49,172 bases of DNA, from the NCBI GenBank assembly GCA_040384925.1, contig JAZKIK010000465.1:1-49172 (forward strand). The letters are read 5' to 3'. Of the stretch, positions 17,933 through 27,045 are shown in pieces. Every line of letters begins with the position of its first letter. The first letter of the stretch is position 1. Origin of the DNA: Pseudomonadota bacterium. Its GTDB lineage: Bacteria > Pseudomonadota > Gammaproteobacteria > Burkholderiales > Burkholderiaceae_C. Below the pieces are notes generated by a model. It was not told the DNA's origin, did no database searches, and saw only the letters and a program-made list of their open reading frames with translations. Position numbers and translations under genes: made by a program.

Positions 17933-19822
17933 ATGAATCGCAGACAAACCCTCCGCCTGCTTGGCATGGCCACATTGGCTGCGCAGTCACCCTTTGCAAC
18001 CATCGCCAGGGCACAAGGCGAAGCGTCCGCAACAGGCCGGGCAAAAGGCGTGATGCTGATGAACCGCATTGCGCCTTCGGTGTCGCAACTGTTCATTGCC
18101 AATATGGATGGATCCAACGAGCGCAAGCTGCTGGTCGATACGGCCTTTGAGTACAACGCAAGTCTGTCGCCTGGTGGTGACTGGCTGCTGTTCACCTCGG
18201 AACGGCGTGCGGACGGCCAGTCCGACATCTATCGCGCCCGGCCCGACGGCACGGGTATTGCCGCACTGATTGGCAGCGATTCCATGGACGATGCGGCCGC
18301 GCTGTCTCCTGACGGGCGCACCCTGGCCTTTGTATCAACGCGCAATGGTTATCGCGCCAATATCTGGCTTCTGGATGTCCTGACAGGGCGATTGAGGCAA
18401 TTGACAGGTGTGGCCGAGGTGCGCGGCAAGGAGGGCAAGCCTGACTGCTATTTCCGCCCTTCCTGGTCGGCTGACGGCCAGTGGCTTGCCTTTTCCAGCG
18501 ACCGCAACACCGAATGGACGGGCCATCATCAGGGGCATGGCTGGGAGCACACGCAGGAGCTGAGCATTTACCTCATCCGGCCCGACGGCAGGGGCTTTCG
18601 CAAGGTGGCGTCCAGGCCTGGCTACAGCCTGGGCTCGCCCAAGTGGTCACCCGACAGCAAACGCATTGTGTTTTACGAAATGACGGTCGAGGCAACTTGG
18701 GGGGCCCGCCGCCCCAATTATGTCGGCCAGGCCTTTTCGCAGATTGTTTCGGTTGATGTGGCGACGGGCGACCGGGTCGAGCACACCACCGGAGTGGATT
18801 TGAAGTTGCAGCCGCAGTTCATCAGCAACTCAGAAATAGGCTATCTTGTCAAATACGGCCCCAATGAGGGCCTGGCCTACACCTCGGGCCGCTCCCCTGT
18901 AAAACAGGCCTTCATCCGCTCCCCCAGCTGGAGCATGGACGGCAAGTCAGTGATTTACGAGAAGGTGGCATTCAAGCCTGTCAGGCCGCTGCTCAAGCCC
19001 TTGTTCAGTTGGGACCCCGATTGGGAATATCGCCACATTGATGTGTTTCCACTGATGTCGCGCGACGGCTGGATAGTGTTTACCGAAAAGCAGCTGGGCA
19101 ACAGCTCGCTTTTTGTCATGCGTCCCGACGGATCACAAAGGCGCAAGGTGTTCGAGTCCAGCGGGCGTGGGCTGGACGAGGCAAAGGTGCGCATGGGCCT
19201 GGCCGGTGCGTTCCAGCCCGGCTGGTCGCCTGATGGTGAATGGATTGCTTTTGGCCTGGGCTACTGGTTTGCCGAGCGCAACACCATGACAGCAGCATTG
19301 TGGCGTGTGCGGCGTGACGGCAGCGGCGCAGAACAGCTGACTGACGGCACACAACACTCCGGGTTTCCCAGCTACTCGGCGGACGGCAAGGAACTGGTCT
19401 ACCGCGTCTGGAGCGAGAAGGAAAAAGGGCTGCGCATCCTCAATCTGCAAACCCGCAAGACGCGTGTGCTGACCGAGGCCTATGACAATCTGCCAGGCTG
19501 GTCGCCGGACGGCAAACGCATTGTGTTCACCCGCAAGCGCGAGGACGGCAATTTTGACATCTACACCATCAGGCCGGACGGCAGTGCCCTGTTCCGCTGC
19601 ACCGACCATGAGTCAGGCGACGGCCATGCCGTGTGGACTGCCGATGGCCGCATCATGTGGAGCGGCTCGCAACACGGCTTCCGCGACGAAGCGGCGCTGT
19701 ATGAACAGACCTTTCAGCAATACGGGCAGATTTACATCATGAACGCGGATGGCTCCGGCAAGCGCATCTTGACGGACAGCAAATGGGAAGACTCCATGCC
19801 GCTTTATGTTCCGCAAGCTTAA
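17933..19822 (+). CDS. Tat-exported TolB-like (PD40 repeat) beta-propeller protein
   Basis: MNRRQTLRLL twin-arginine signal after a CAGGAG RBS; many P.WSPDG..I.F repeats. Confidence 0.85.
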   Translation: MNRRQTLRLLGMATLAAQSPFATIARAQGEASATGRAKGVMLMNRIAPSVSQLFIANMDGSNERKLLVDTAFEYNASLSPGGDWLLFTSERRADGQSDIYRARPDGTGIAALIGSDSMDDAAALSPDGRTLAFVSTRNGYRANIWLLDVLTGRLRQLTGVAEVRGKEGKPDCYFRPSWSADGQWLAFSSDRNTEWTGHHQGHGWEHTQELSIYLIRPDGRGFRKVASRPGYSLGSPKWSPDSKRIVFYEMTVEATWGARRPNYVGQAFSQIVSVDVATGDRVEHTTGVDLKLQPQFISNSEIGYLVKYGPNEGLAYTSGRSPVKQAFIRSPSWSMDGKSVIYEKVAFKPVRPLLKPLFSWDPDWEYRHIDVFPLMSRDGWIVFTEKQLGNSSLFVMRPDGSQRRKVFESSGRGLDEAKVRMGLAGAFQPGWSPDGEWIAFGLGYWFAERNTMTAALWRVRRDGSGAEQLTDGTQHSGFPSYSADGKELVYRVWSEKEKGLRILNLQTRKTRVLTEAYDNLPGWSPDGKRIVFTRKREDGNFDIYTIRPDGSALFRCTDHESGDGHAVWTADGRIMWSGSQHGFRDEAALYEQTFQQYGQIYIMNADGSGKRILTDSKWEDSMPLYVPQA

Positions 19823-19956
19823 GGCTGGGCAGGCAGGGCTGCTGCGACCGCGAGTTTTTTGGCCACCAAGACAAGCCATGCTGGGTGCCGAGCAAGCCAT
19901 TCCCTCAAAAACAACCTGAAAGCATTGATTATTGATTTTTGCGGCTGGAGCGACCC

Positions 19957-19981
19957 CAAATAAGGAACAAATCCTTATTTG
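19957..19981. promoter_or_regulatory. AT-rich perfect inverted repeat (operator or weak terminator)
   Basis: CAAATAAGGA-acaaa-TCCTTATTTG, followed by ccattttt, in the gap before the SNF2 gene. Confidence 0.45.
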
Positions 19982-20156
19982 CCATTTTTATGACGCGCAG
20001 GCCGGAGTCTTTCGTAGAATTACCACCCCAAAACCAGTCCCGCCAGGTTCTGCGTTTTGCCTCCATAAATTCTGAATGAAAAGACTCCGAAAGTGCTCAA
20101 TTGTCTCAATTGCCCCTGATTCTTCACAGGCTGGCTGATAGCGCCGCCCCGCTGGT

Positions 20157-23100
20157 GTGAGCGCGGCAAAACAGACTCTCGATCCGCAAACACTTCTAGC
20201 CAGGGTTTCCAGCGCCGTTTTTGAGCAGGGCCTGGCCCTGTACCGCAGCCAGCAGGTGCTGGAATGTGAGCTTAGCCGCGTCAACCGCCAGGAATGGGGG
20301 GTGGTCGGCAGCGTGCGGGACAGCAAACGCGAGCTTTGCGAGGTATCTGTCGTGCTTGAAGCGTCAGACGAGGGAGTGATCACGTTTTTCAGCGGTAGCT
20401 GCAGTTGCCGTGTTGGCATCAACTGCCAGCACAGCGTGGCGCTGGCCGTCAAGGCAACATACAAGGCCGGAACGATTCGTGCCGCAGTTGAAACCGGCAA
20501 AACTGCCAGCCCGGCTGCGCCGCCAGCGCAGCCGCCAAAACAACTGTCACGCGCGAACAAAACCGCGCCACAGTCGCTGGACATGTTCACGATTGACCTG
20601 TTTGCAGATACCGCTGTCCGGCCTGCTGCGAAGCCCAGGGCCAAACCCAAAGCACTGGAGCCGGTCAGAGCCAGAGTCGAAAAACCGGGTCTGGCAGAAC
20701 TGCTCATTCCAGAAGCAGAACCAATTGCCCCAGAACCGCCTGCAACAGCTGCCCATGCAGCCGCAGAAACCTGCGCGCCCGCCGTCATACCGCACGAGCT
20801 GCTGCAGGGCATTACCCCAACGGCACATTTGCACATCACACCAGTAGCCGCTGAGAGTGTGGAACAGCTTGGCCTGCTGCGCGCCAGCCTGCGTTTTAAC
20901 TACAAGGGCATTTTTCACTACGCGCTGAACGACCACAACCCGGTGCTGATTGAACGGGCAGACGCCCAGTCGCCAAGCCAGACCACACCCCGGCTGCTGC
21001 TGCAGCGTGACTTGACGACCGAGCGGGCTGCACATGACAAACTGCGCATGTTCGGGCTTGCGGGCGACACCAAAGGCCAGTTTTACCTGCCCTTCATATC
21101 CAGCGCACAACAGCAACAGTGGCTGCAGTGGCTGGACGACGACTTTGCGCAACTGCAAGGCAGCGGTTTTGTGGTGACGACCGAAGCGCGCCTTGGCAGC
21201 TGGATCACACGCGCCGACAGCCTTGACGCCTGCATGGTGCCCGAAGGCCAGGACCTGGCCTCTGGCGCAGGCCTGATGGATGACGGGAACGAAGACCACG
21301 GCGCCAGTGAAACCATCAACGCTGGCCATTCGGCCTGGTTCAGCCTGTCCCTGGGCATGAATATCAATGGCGTGCGGCGCAATATCCTGCCGCTGCTGCC
21401 AGAGCTGCTGGCGCAACTGTCGTCCAGCAGCCAGGGCAAAAGCGGTGGTACCAAAGTTGCCAGGGTACCGGGCTCAACCCTGCAGTTGCCGCCGCACATT
21501 TACCTGAAACAGGACAGCGGCGGCTATCTGCGCCTGCCGTGTGAACCGCTGCGGCCCTGGCTGCAGGCTCTGCTCGACCTGATGGCCGAGCGCAGCAGCC
21601 ATAAAGACGGCGACTTCAAAGGCCAGGCGCTGCGCCTGTCGCGGCTGGAGGCCTTGCGTGTGGGTGCCACCCTGCTGGCTGACAGCCGCGCCGCAACCGG
21701 CTGGCAGGGCTCCGACAAGCTGCGTGAAATGGTCAGCCAGCTGGCCGGGCACAGCGCCCTGCCCCAGATTGCTGCACCGGCCGGCCTGATGGCCGAACTG
21801 CGGCCCTACCAGTTGCAAGGCCTGCGCTGGCTGCAGTTTTTGCGCAGCAACGGCCTGGGCGGCATTCTGGCCGACGACATGGGGTTGGGCAAAACACTGC
21901 AGACGCTGGCCCACATCCTGACCGAAAAAAACGCTGGCCGGCTTGATTTGCCCGTGCTGGTGATGGCGCCTGTCAGCCTGATGGGCAACTGGCGGCGTGA
22001 AGCCAGCCGTTTTGCGCCAGGCCTCAGCGTACTGGTACTGCACGGCAGCCAGCGCCATCAGGCGGCTTTTGGCATGGCACGTTACGACATGGTGATTGCC
22101 CCTTACTCCCTGCTGCAGCGTGACCGCGAGCGCTGGCAGGCGCAGGCCTGGCACCTGGTGGTGCTGGACGAGGCGCAAAACATCAAGAACGCCAACTCGC
22201 ACGCCGCCAAAATTGTCAGCGAACTGAACACCCGGCACCGGCTGTGCCTGTCAGGCACACCGATGGAAAACCACCTCGGCGAGTTGTGGAGCCTGTTTCA
22301 CTTCCTGATGCCGGGTTTTCTGGGCAGCCAGGCCCGTTTCAAGGCGCTGTACCGCACGCCGATTGAAAAACACCAGGACAATGAACGCACCGACTGGCTA
22401 CGCCAGCGCGTGACTCCCTTCATGTTGCGCCGCCACAAACGTGACGTGGCGACCGACCTGCCTGAAAAACAGATTGCCATCTCAAGCGTCGAGCTGGGCG
22501 ACAGCCAGGCCGACCTCTACGAAACCATACGCCTGGCAACTGAAAAAACCGTGCGTGACGCACTGGGCAACAAAGGCCTGGCGCAATCACAGATACAGAT
22601 TTTTGATGCGCTGCTCAAACTGCGTCAGGTCTGCTGCGACCCGCGCCTGCTGGCCCTGCCTGAAGCCCACAAGGCCAGACCATCGGCCAAACTGGAACTG
22701 CTGATGGAGTTGCTGCCGGAGATGATTGCCGAAGGCCGCAAGGTGCTGCTGTTTTCACAGTTCACCAGCATGCTGGCGCTGATCGAGCAGGAGCTTGAAA
22801 CCCGCGGCATGGCCTGGGCAAAACTGACCGGCCAGTCGCAGAACCGCGAAGAAATCATTGAACGTTTTACCTCGGGCGCAGTGCCGCTGTTTCTGATCAG
22901 CCTGAAAGCCGGTGGCGTGGGCCTTAATCTGACGCAGGCCGACACCGTGATTCATTACGACCCGTGGTGGAACCCCGCCGCCGAAACCCAGGCCACAGAC
23001 CGCGCCCACCGCATTGGCCAGACCCAGCGTGTCATGGTCTACAAGCTGGTGGCGCAGGGCACGATTGAAGAACGCATTCTTGATTTGCAGGACCGCAAGG

Positions 23101-23201
23101 CCGCACTGGCCGAAAGCATGTACAGCGGCGTGGCCTCACAAGGCCAGGGCATTCTGACCGAAACCGATCTGCAGGCCCTGCTGCAACCTCTAGGTGCCTG
23201 A
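20157..23201 (+). CDS. SNF2-family helicase/ATPase with N-terminal SWIM zinc finger
   Basis: CSC....CQH SWIM motif; LRPYQ, LADDMGLGKT, DEAQ, SGTPMEN, SLKAGGVGLNL, WWNP, QATDRAHRIGQ. Confidence 0.93.
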   Translation: MSAAKQTLDPQTLLARVSSAVFEQGLALYRSQQVLECELSRVNRQEWGVVGSVRDSKRELCEVSVVLEASDEGVITFFSGSCSCRVGINCQHSVALAVKATYKAGTIRAAVETGKTASPAAPPAQPPKQLSRANKTAPQSLDMFTIDLFADTAVRPAAKPRAKPKALEPVRARVEKPGLAELLIPEAEPIAPEPPATAAHAAAETCAPAVIPHELLQGITPTAHLHITPVAAESVEQLGLLRASLRFNYKGIFHYALNDHNPVLIERADAQSPSQTTPRLLLQRDLTTERAAHDKLRMFGLAGDTKGQFYLPFISSAQQQQWLQWLDDDFAQLQGSGFVVTTEARLGSWITRADSLDACMVPEGQDLASGAGLMDDGNEDHGASETINAGHSAWFSLSLGMNINGVRRNILPLLPELLAQLSSSSQGKSGGTKVARVPGSTLQLPPHIYLKQDSGGYLRLPCEPLRPWLQALLDLMAERSSHKDGDFKGQALRLSRLEALRVGATLLADSRAATGWQGSDKLREMVSQLAGHSALPQIAAPAGLMAELRPYQLQGLRWLQFLRSNGLGGILADDMGLGKTLQTLAHILTEKNAGRLDLPVLVMAPVSLMGNWRREASRFAPGLSVLVLHGSQRHQAAFGMARYDMVIAPYSLLQRDRERWQAQAWHLVVLDEAQNIKNANSHAAKIVSELNTRHRLCLSGTPMENHLGELWSLFHFLMPGFLGSQARFKALYRTPIEKHQDNERTDWLRQRVTPFMLRRHKRDVATDLPEKQIAISSVELGDSQADLYETIRLATEKTVRDALGNKGLAQSQIQIFDALLKLRQVCCDPRLLALPEAHKARPSAKLELLMELLPEMIAEGRKVLLFSQFTSMLALIEQELETRGMAWAKLTGQSQNREEIIERFTSGAVPLFLISLKAGGVGLNLTQADTVIHYDPWWNPAAETQATDRAHRIGQTQRVMVYKLVAQGTIEERILDLQDRKAALAESMYSGVASQGQGILTETDLQALLQPLGA

Positions 23202-23464
23202 AGATCCGGCAAACAATACATTCTCACGGGCCAGCAGCACAAAACCGGAGCCTGAGGCCAGCAACGGCTTCAGGCGGCCCTCCTCAAAAAGCGCCTGCCA
23301 TGGTTCACCCAGGCTGCGCGCGACGGCTTCGTCGGCCAGCCAGACTTCATCAACAACATCTGCCGGAGCGGAATCACCGGGGCGCTGCAGCACACGGTTT
23401 CGTACTACGGCGTCAATTCCCTTGCTGCTGTCAGCGAGTAGAGGTTTCCACAAATCCAGCGTGG
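23190..23464 (-). pseudogene. Truncated 3' copy of the EthD-like gene; left direct repeat of the island
   Basis: 275 bp colinear with 35436-35710, about 26 mismatches by manual count (~90% identity). Similarity stops abruptly at 23464. Confidence 0.9.
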
Positions 23465-23644
23465 ATGCGGGTGTGTCGGCAAGGTCCAAGGGCAAATGCA
23501 GGAAGGGGTCGGGAGCAGCTTGCTTCAAATACCTGTGGTGCAAGCGCCGCAGGCTTCCTTTTTCCGGTAAAGGCTGGGCTAACATTGCAATTTGTGTCGC
23601 AGGATGTATGGCCGAAAGGCCATCATTGCGTGGAACTGGAGAGC

Positions 23645-24337
23645 ATGTTGATAGCCACTAACCCTTTTAGCCCGAGCGAGTACACCGCCGCCTTGTTGCT
23701 CCATACCCGCCGGCATCCTGGACTGGCCAATCTCGTCAGTGTGCTTGAGATGGGTACCGGCAGCGGCGTCATCATGGCGTCCCTGCTCGCCCGTGGTGCG
23801 CAGCGCGCACTTGGCATAGACATTGAAGCCAGCGCCGTCCAGACCACGCAGGAGTTATTGCGCCAGGAGGGCCTTGATGGCCGCGCGCGGGTTGTTCAGG
23901 GCGACATGTGGCCCGCCTGCAACGGTGAGCAATTCGATCTTGTGATCAGCAACCTGCCTCAGTTTGCGGCCGAACTGTTTGAATCCGATGGCCGTTTGCA
24001 AAGCTGGTGTACGGGCGGACTGGACGGGCGCAAGCTGGTAGACCGGTTCCTGAGTGGCCTGCCCGACCATCTGGCCCCCGGCGGCCTGGCCATCATGACC
24101 CACAACGTCTTTATTGATGTGGCCAGGACCCAGGCCATGCTGGAGCCGTGGGGCTTGCAGGCCAAAATTGTCTATTCAGCCTCAGCCCTGCTGTCGCCGC
24201 AGAAGTTTGAAAAACTCAGCCCCGAGGTGCTTGAGCGCTTCGCCGGCCGCGGCATCCATAAAGTTGGCAGGTATTGGTTTGGTGACTTTGACATTCTTGA
24301 AATCAGCTGGAAGCCTGATGCGCCAACCGGGCGGTGA
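23645..24337 (+). CDS. Class I SAM-dependent methyltransferase (HemK/MTS-like)
   Basis: VLEMGTGSG, GIDI, QGDM, FDLVISNLPQF, GGLDG...LAPGG. ATG 23645 follows GGAG. Confidence 0.85.
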   Translation: MLIATNPFSPSEYTAALLLHTRRHPGLANLVSVLEMGTGSGVIMASLLARGAQRALGIDIEASAVQTTQELLRQEGLDGRARVVQGDMWPACNGEQFDLVISNLPQFAAELFESDGRLQSWCTGGLDGRKLVDRFLSGLPDHLAPGGLAIMTHNVFIDVARTQAMLEPWGLQAKIVYSASALLSPQKFEKLSPEVLERFAGRGIHKVGRYWFGDFDILEISWKPDAPTGR

Positions 24338-26018
24338 AGTATTTCGCGCCGTGCTGCGCGCAGCCGGCTTGCTGGTGGCCGGCCTGTTGTTTGTCGGCCT
24401 GGATGCACTCGCGCAAACTCCTCAAACTCCAGTTAGCAAGCAGTCATCTGGTGGTGAGGCGCGGCTGCCAAAGCTGTCTGGTCCGCCAAATGGCAGTGCC
24501 TGCAATGCTCAGGCTGATGCTTTGGCCCGCGTGTTGTGTACCGGCATTCTCAGGGTGGGCGTGCGTGCGGACTACCCGCCTTACGGCTGGCGTGGAACTG
24601 ATTCGCTGCAGGGCTTTGAGATTGATCTGGCGCGGCAACTTGCCAGCCGGCTGGGCGTAGTTGCCGAGTTCTCGGTAGTGACGGCGGCCAACCGTATCAC
24701 CTTGCTGGGTGAAGGCCGGATCGACCTGGTTGTCGCGACCATGGGCCACACGCTGCAACGGGACCGCGAGGTGCTTTTTGTCAGGCCTCACTATTACCAG
24801 TCGCAAACAATCGTGTTGGGCCGCAAGGACTTTGTGCTGGACAAGACTGAGCCAGTTCGCGGCAAGACAGTTTGCGTCACGCTGGGTAACAGCACCAACG
24901 CCGAGCTTTCTTCCATGGGCGTGCGGCTCATGCTGTTTGACAATGCCTTGCGCCTGCTGGATGAGCTCAGGCTGGGTGCGTGTTCGCTCGCGGCCCAGGA
25001 CGACAGTTTTTTCGCGTCTTATCTGCAGCAGCCGGCATTTTCTGCTGTATACGAGGTGAAGCTGGGGTTTGCGCCGCTTCCCTGGGGCGTAGCGGTTGCA
25101 CGCGAGGGTGGTGGCAAGCTGGCCGAAGCGCTGGCCCTGGCTTTAAAACAGATGCATGCAGGCGGTGGTTTGCAGGCGCTTGCAGCCGTGCATGGGGTTG
25201 ATTCCAGGTTTCTTGCGGATCAGCGTGCTTTATGGAGTGGCAGCCGTTGCGCAGCGGGTCAGGCGCTTGCCGATCCAGGCTGCGTATTGCCGCCACGCGA
25301 CAGCCAATTGGTGCCGACCTCATTTGCCCCAGCCGTCGATACCATTGAAAAGCGCATCAAGGAAGTTACCGGGGCCAAGGTCACGCTGGCGATGTTTAAA
25401 ACCAAGGTGGCGCTTGGCCTCTTCATGGAGGGTATTTTTTTCTCGCTCCTCCTTGTGTCGGGTGCGGTAGCAGCTACCTTGGGCCTGGCGCTGGTCTTTG
25501 GTGCCGCCTTGAGTTCGCGTCATGCCTGGTTGCGCTGGCCCATGCGCTGCCTGCTCTGGGTCATGCAGTCCACGCCCATGATCCTGCTCATGATTCTTGC
25601 CGGCGTGCTGATCAGCGCTTTCGGCGCTATTTCCCCAGTTTCAGCCTTGCTGGGTGCCATTGTGGTGCTGGGGCTGTTTAATGGCAGCAACGCTGGCCAG
25701 GCCATTGCCGAGGCCATGGCCATGTTGAAGGCTGAAAGGCCTGGCGAGTCACCGCCCCCCCTGTTTACAGCAGTCCACCGCTGCAGTGCCCAGGTTGGGG
25801 CTTTTATAGTGAACGCCACGCGCGGTAGTCCAGCGGCATCTGTCATCGGGGTGCCTGAGCTTCTGTCCGCACTGACGGACATCGCATCGTTTTCCAGCGA
25901 GCGGGTTACGACCTACACCTTGCTGCTAGTGTTTTACATGCTGGTGGTTGCGCTGGTGGTTCGCCTGAGCCATGCCTGGCAGGCGCGCCTGGCCCGCAGG
26001 GAGTTTGCTCGTGCCTGA
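24318..26018 (+). CDS. Polar amino-acid ABC substrate-binding domain fused to a HisM/GlnP-type permease domain
   Basis: LRVGVRADYPPYG, GFEIDLARQLA, GRIDLVVATMGHT..R, then TM segments with QSTP and ASVIGVPEL. Start ATG 24318. Confidence 0.85.
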   Translation: MRQPGGEVFRAVLRAAGLLVAGLLFVGLDALAQTPQTPVSKQSSGGEARLPKLSGPPNGSACNAQADALARVLCTGILRVGVRADYPPYGWRGTDSLQGFEIDLARQLASRLGVVAEFSVVTAANRITLLGEGRIDLVVATMGHTLQRDREVLFVRPHYYQSQTIVLGRKDFVLDKTEPVRGKTVCVTLGNSTNAELSSMGVRLMLFDNALRLLDELRLGACSLAAQDDSFFASYLQQPAFSAVYEVKLGFAPLPWGVAVAREGGGKLAEALALALKQMHAGGGLQALAAVHGVDSRFLADQRALWSGSRCAAGQALADPGCVLPPRDSQLVPTSFAPAVDTIEKRIKEVTGAKVTLAMFKTKVALGLFMEGIFFSLLLVSGAVAATLGLALVFGAALSSRHAWLRWPMRCLLWVMQSTPMILLMILAGVLISAFGAISPVSALLGAIVVLGLFNGSNAGQAIAEAMAMLKAERPGESPPPLFTAVHRCSAQVGAFIVNATRGSPAASVIGVPELLSALTDIASFSSERVTTYTLLLVFYMLVVALVVRLSHAWQARLARREFARA

Positions 26019-26631
26019 GCAATTTGCGCAATTTCTGCCAGCCTTCCTGTCCGGGTTGACCATCAATTTCGAGATTGCCATCTGGTCGGTGTTTGGCGGC
26101 TTGCTGCTGGGCTCTCCCCTCGCCATTGCAAGGCTTGCGGGTGGCCCGATAGCCCGTGTTGCAGGCGGGCTGGTGGCGTTTTGCCGTGCCGCTCCTACCT
26201 TTGTCGTGATGTTTTTTCTGGTCAATGTAGTGCCGGCCAGCGTGTCACTGGCCGGCTGGAAGATATCGATGACGCCGTGGCTGGCTGTGGTGCTGTCGCT
26301 GACCGTTTACGGCACCGCCTATGTGTCCGACAACGCCATGGAGCCGATACGCCAGCTGCGCAAGGGCTCGCCGGTGGTGGCGCTGCTGTTCTTGATGAGC
26401 CTGGTGCGCGCGTTTTTTGTGATGGTGCTGTCTTCCGGATTCGGCGCTGCCGTCGGTGTTGTTGAAGCGACGACGGTGACACTGCGCGCCATAGAGCGCA
26501 TGCCGCAAGTAAGTGACCGCCTGATGCTGATTGCCATGGTCATGCTGATGTTCACCGTCATTTTTCAGGCGATTTACCGGCTGATAGATTTTTTACGCCA
26601 CCGCTTGAGTCAACGCCTGGGGCCGGCTTAG
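26011..26631 (+). CDS. Amino-acid ABC permease-like membrane protein (short, EAA loop missing)
   Basis: FLSGLTINFEIA, FCRAAPTFV, AYVSD, AVGVVEA. The GTG start overlaps the upstream stop. Confidence 0.8.
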   Translation: MPEQFAQFLPAFLSGLTINFEIAIWSVFGGLLLGSPLAIARLAGGPIARVAGGLVAFCRAAPTFVVMFFLVNVVPASVSLAGWKISMTPWLAVVLSLTVYGTAYVSDNAMEPIRQLRKGSPVVALLFLMSLVRAFFVMVLSSGFGAAVGVVEATTVTLRAIERMPQVSDRLMLIAMVMLMFTVIFQAIYRLIDFLRHRLSQRLGPA

Positions 26632-26643
26632 CCTCAGCAACAG

Positions 26644-27045
26644 GGCGGCGGTCGTGAATGGCAGCCCAAGGCCGAGCCCGAAAAGCTCAAGGTCCACGAC
26701 TACCTGAGCACCGAACCTGGCAAGGCCATTGCCTATGGCGTTTACGACATCAGCGAGAACCAGGGTTGGGTGAGCGCGGGCATCGACCTCGACACCGCGC
26801 GCTTTGCCGCCAAGGCCATTGGTCAGCCATGAAGTCATCATCAAGCTCATGACCAACACCACGACCGGAACCGGATTGAAAATTCGCGCCGCACCGGACA
26901 CTGGCAACTACCCCACTGGCCTCATCGTTACCGATGAGGAACTGGCCGCGCTGAATCTCAAGCGTGCCGACTTCCACGGTGAATGGAACTACAAGCGGCT
27001 TCCGCTTCGCAAAAAATAATGGTCAACTTATGTTGACGCAAGCCC
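26644..27045 (+). mobile_element. ISAzo13-family transposase remnant (internally deleted) with probable right end
   Basis: GREWQPKAEPEKLKVHDY...GKAIAYGVYDISENQGWVSAGID.DTARFA joins, in another frame, RPLVSHEVIIKL..NTTTGTGLKI...YPTG...FHGEWNY. These are characteristic ISAzo13/Rhodopirellula-type DDE segments. Confidence 0.82.

Noticed and set aside
17933-19822. Calling the propeller protein TolB
   Set aside because: It has no TolB N-terminal domain or tolQRA-pal context, and it has a Tat signal and about twice the number of repeats.
23190-23585. 131-aa minus-strand ORF as a functional gene
   Set aside because: Only its C-terminal ~90 codons match the EthD-like protein. The N-terminus is unrelated junction sequence.
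23300-23644. Long N-terminal extension of the methyltransferase (ORF start 23300)
   Set aside because: It runs antisense through the EthD remnant. An RBS and the methyltransferase fold fit ATG 23645 better.
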